A DNA stretch of 55,764 bases. It comes from a virus. Below the pieces are notes generated by a model. That model worked only from the letters and a program-made list of their open reading frames with translations. It was not told the DNA's origin and ran no database searches. The translations under genes were made by a program, and so were the position numbers. Shown here in pieces: positions 53,563 to 55,764 of this stretch. The DNA lies in IMG/VR virus record IMGVR_UViG_3300033402_000018, one strand, 5' to 3'. The stretch's first letter is position 1, and every line of letters starts with the position of its first letter.

Positions 53563-54071
53563 TGGGTTACACGACAGATTTCACAGGCACGTTCACGCTG
53601 GACAAACCGCTGACAATCGCTCAGTTCAACTATCTAAAAAAGTTCTCCGAAGCTCGGCACATGCGTCGCAATGTGGCCCTGCTGATAGACCGCCCCGATC
53701 CGGCGCGAACAAAGGTGGGGCTGCCTATCGGTTTTGAAGGGGAGTTCTACGTTGGGGATGATGAATACGCTGTGATCGACGCCAATCAAGAACCAAAAAC
53801 CCAACCCGGACTTTGGTGCCAGTGGGTGCCGACTGATGATGGTGAAGGTATCGAGTGGGACGGCGGCGAGAAGTTCTACGAATACATTCCTTGGCTCAAA
53901 TACATCATCAAAAATTTCCTCCAGCCTTGGGGCTTGACACTTAACGGTGAGGTTGAGTGGGAAGGCGAAGAAAACACCGACATCGGCAAGATCATCGTGA
54001 AAGACAACGTGGTCAAGGCGAAACGCGCCAAGATCACGTACACGTACTCTGAAGAAGACGCTGAGGACTAA
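53562..54071 (+). CDS. hypothetical acidic protein
   Basis: Start overlapping upstream stop. Confidence 0.4.
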   Translation: MGYTTDFTGTFTLDKPLTIAQFNYLKKFSEARHMRRNVALLIDRPDPARTKVGLPIGFEGEFYVGDDEYAVIDANQEPKTQPGLWCQWVPTDDGEGIEWDGGEKFYEYIPWLKYIIKNFLQPWGLTLNGEVEWEGEENTDIGKIIVKDNVVKAKRAKITYTYSEEDAED

Positions 54072-54725
54072 ATGCACATCGAAGTGTTCGACACAACTGA
54101 ATCGAGCCAATACCAAGCTCTCCAAGCTCTCGTGGCGAGAGACGGCAAAGACATTCACGTAGACAAAATCTACACCGCCGCAGCCGCAAACGGCAATCAG
54201 TACAACCGTGGGAATTGGCATTGGGTCACCGTGGTGTACTTCACATTGGACGTGGCACCGCCGCAGGGCTAATTCATGCACCCGTGCCAGTTTTATCCCG
54301 GCGAAGAGCGGTGCAATAATCTGCCGACGCGCCTCATATTTCTGCGGGATAAAGCAAAGCCGGAAGATGACGAAGATTCTTACCTGTGGGTCTGTGCTGA
54401 TTGTCTCGCGGGAGTAGCCACGGCGTGGTGGTCGGAACTGAACATAGAATGGATATTTTAAGATGAGTGGCTGGGTCAGAGAGCTAGATCGTGACGAGGA
54501 AGACCGGAAGACGCGCTTCACGGATTTGTGTGCGCAAGCAAAGCTGATCGAAGATCGTTCTTGCTGGTGTCCCCATTGCGGGACCAGACTCACGTTGTGG
54601 GAACCGTTAACTTACGACGAGAAATACGCACAGACAGACCATAAATGGTGTAGTGGATGCTGTTGCGTGCTCTTCAACCGATTGATCGCCTACATGAACG
54701 TCCCGGATGAGTATCAAGCACGTGT

Positions 54726-55007
54726 ATGACGGGAACGTGTAGGCTCTGCGAGCGTATTGAACAGCCGCTAACCGCGCACCATCTGATTCCGCGCACGCTG
54801 CATAAAAATAAGCGTGCCAAAGAAGTGTTCGGAATGGCGCTGATGAAGAAGACGGTGATGATCTGTCAGCCATGTCACAGTCAAATTCACGCGCTGTATA
54901 CCGAAAAAGAATTGGGCTGGAACTTTAATACGATTGAACTGTTGAAGGCACAGCCAGACGTGATAAAATGGATCGAGTGGGTACGCGAGCGCCCACACTG
55001 GAGATAG
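54726..55007 (+). CDS. HNH endonuclease
   Basis: CRLCE...HHLIPR...ICQPCHSQIH. Confidence 0.7.
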   Translation: MTGTCRLCERIEQPLTAHHLIPRTLHKNKRAKEVFGMALMKKTVMICQPCHSQIHALYTEKELGWNFNTIELLKAQPDVIKWIEWVRERPHWR

Positions 55008-55008
55008 T

Positions 55009-55320
55009 ATGGCGGGCTGTAACGTGATGGTGTTCGACCACGCGCACGCGAAAGAAAACCAAGCAATCTGGGATGAGTATGGCTCAGAACTCGCCGCTGA
55101 TTTCGGCATGATCCCTTGCGGTAAGCCCGTGGTGCGGGACGGCAAGTGTGAAGAACACAAAGTTGAGCGGCGCAAGGGCAACGGTGACAGACGCCGTTTT
55201 GAAAGCTGCGATTCTCTTCCGTTCTGCGGCAACCACCTGTGCCATACGGAGCTTCGCTTCGGAGAAGTCCGAACCGTTCATCATTTGATGTGCCCTGACC
55301 GTGGGCCGGGGTGGTGCTAA
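55009..55320 (+). CDS. hypothetical Cys-containing protein
   Basis: 103 aa. Confidence 0.4.
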   Translation: MAGCNVMVFDHAHAKENQAIWDEYGSELAADFGMIPCGKPVVRDGKCEEHKVERRKGNGDRRRFESCDSLPFCGNHLCHTELRFGEVRTVHHLMCPDRGPGWC

Positions 55321-55542
55321 ATGGGTGAGTTTTACGATGTGGGCTGGAGAGTCAGGATTTGTCCGGTGGAGCCGCCGATGCGCCAGCCGCACCCGGAACA
55401 TGAAGGTAAGGAAGGCACGATCACCGGAGAGAAAGACATTCTGGCGTGGAGCACAAAACTGAAACCGTTTTTCGTTCCGATCATTACCTTGGACGACGGC
55501 ACAGTGCTTGAAGGCTCTGAATGCTGGTGGGAGAAAATCTAA
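55321..55542 (+). CDS. hypothetical protein
   Basis: 73 aa, TAAATG overlap. Confidence 0.35.
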   Translation: MGEFYDVGWRVRICPVEPPMRQPHPEHEGKEGTITGEKDILAWSTKLKPFFVPIITLDDGTVLEGSECWWEKI

Positions 55543-55764
55543 TGGGTACTCGCAATCTAACAGCGGTCAAGATCAACGGTGAATACAAAATCGCCCAGTA
55601 CGGGCAGTGGGACGGCTATCCCGGTGGTCAAGGTGCAACCGCTCTGAACTTTCTTCGCAATGAACGCAACCGCAACAAGCTCAAAAAGGCGCTGAAACAC
55701 TGTGTTTTTGTCAGCCAAGAAGAGATGGATGAGACCGTTAAGCGGCTGGGGTTGGACGGCAAGG
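55542..55764 (+). CDS. hypothetical protein (3-prime partial at window end)
   Basis: ORF runs off the window. Confidence 0.35.
   Translation, partial: MGTRNLTAVKINGEYKIAQYGQWDGYPGGQGATALNFLRNERNRNKLKKALKHCVFVSQEEMDETVKRLGLDGK

Noticed and set aside
53634-54593. 319-aa minus-strand ORF
   Set aside because: Antisense across several small plus-strand genes that follow the uniform plus-strand packing; no motif.

Overview
The window reads as a densely packed, almost entirely plus-strand gene array. Genes are short, tightly spaced or overlapping, and many show ATGA or TAATG stop-start overlaps. HNH endonucleases and a tRNA cluster are scattered through it. The whole looks like part of a large phage or jumbo-phage-like mobile element rather than a core bacterial chromosome.

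Identifiable content, assigned by motif reading only:
- A nucleotide-metabolism block: dual-specificity phosphatase, HD-GYP-like phosphohydrolase, nucleoside 2-deoxyribosyltransferase-like protein, two CDA-fold deaminases, NUDIX, ThyX, and a MazG that appears to be frameshifted.
- Fe-S cluster proteins IscA and IscU, plus a 2x[4Fe-4S] ferredoxin further along.
- A tRNA-centred module: a minimal SerRS-like class II core, a Thg1-like enzyme, four tRNA-Ser genes covering all Ser anticodon classes, one atypical tRNA with anticodon UAA, a PTH2-like hydrolase and a Pol-beta nucleotidyltransferase.
- A SpoT-type small alarmone hydrolase.
- An Mpa/ARC-type proteasomal AAA+ ATPase directly followed by a small acidic Pup-like ORF.
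- An NAD-dependent DNA ligase.
- An ABC transporter set: a large OmpA-domain fusion protein, a permease and an ATPase.
- A SprT-like protease.
- An 815-aa major-vault-protein-like gene.

The features I rate most novel are the Mpa/Pup-like pair, the MVP homolog, and the all-serine tRNA set with the SerRS-like core.

All assignments rest on motifs read directly from the six-frame translations. No searches were run. Coordinates of small ORFs and start codons are approximate.
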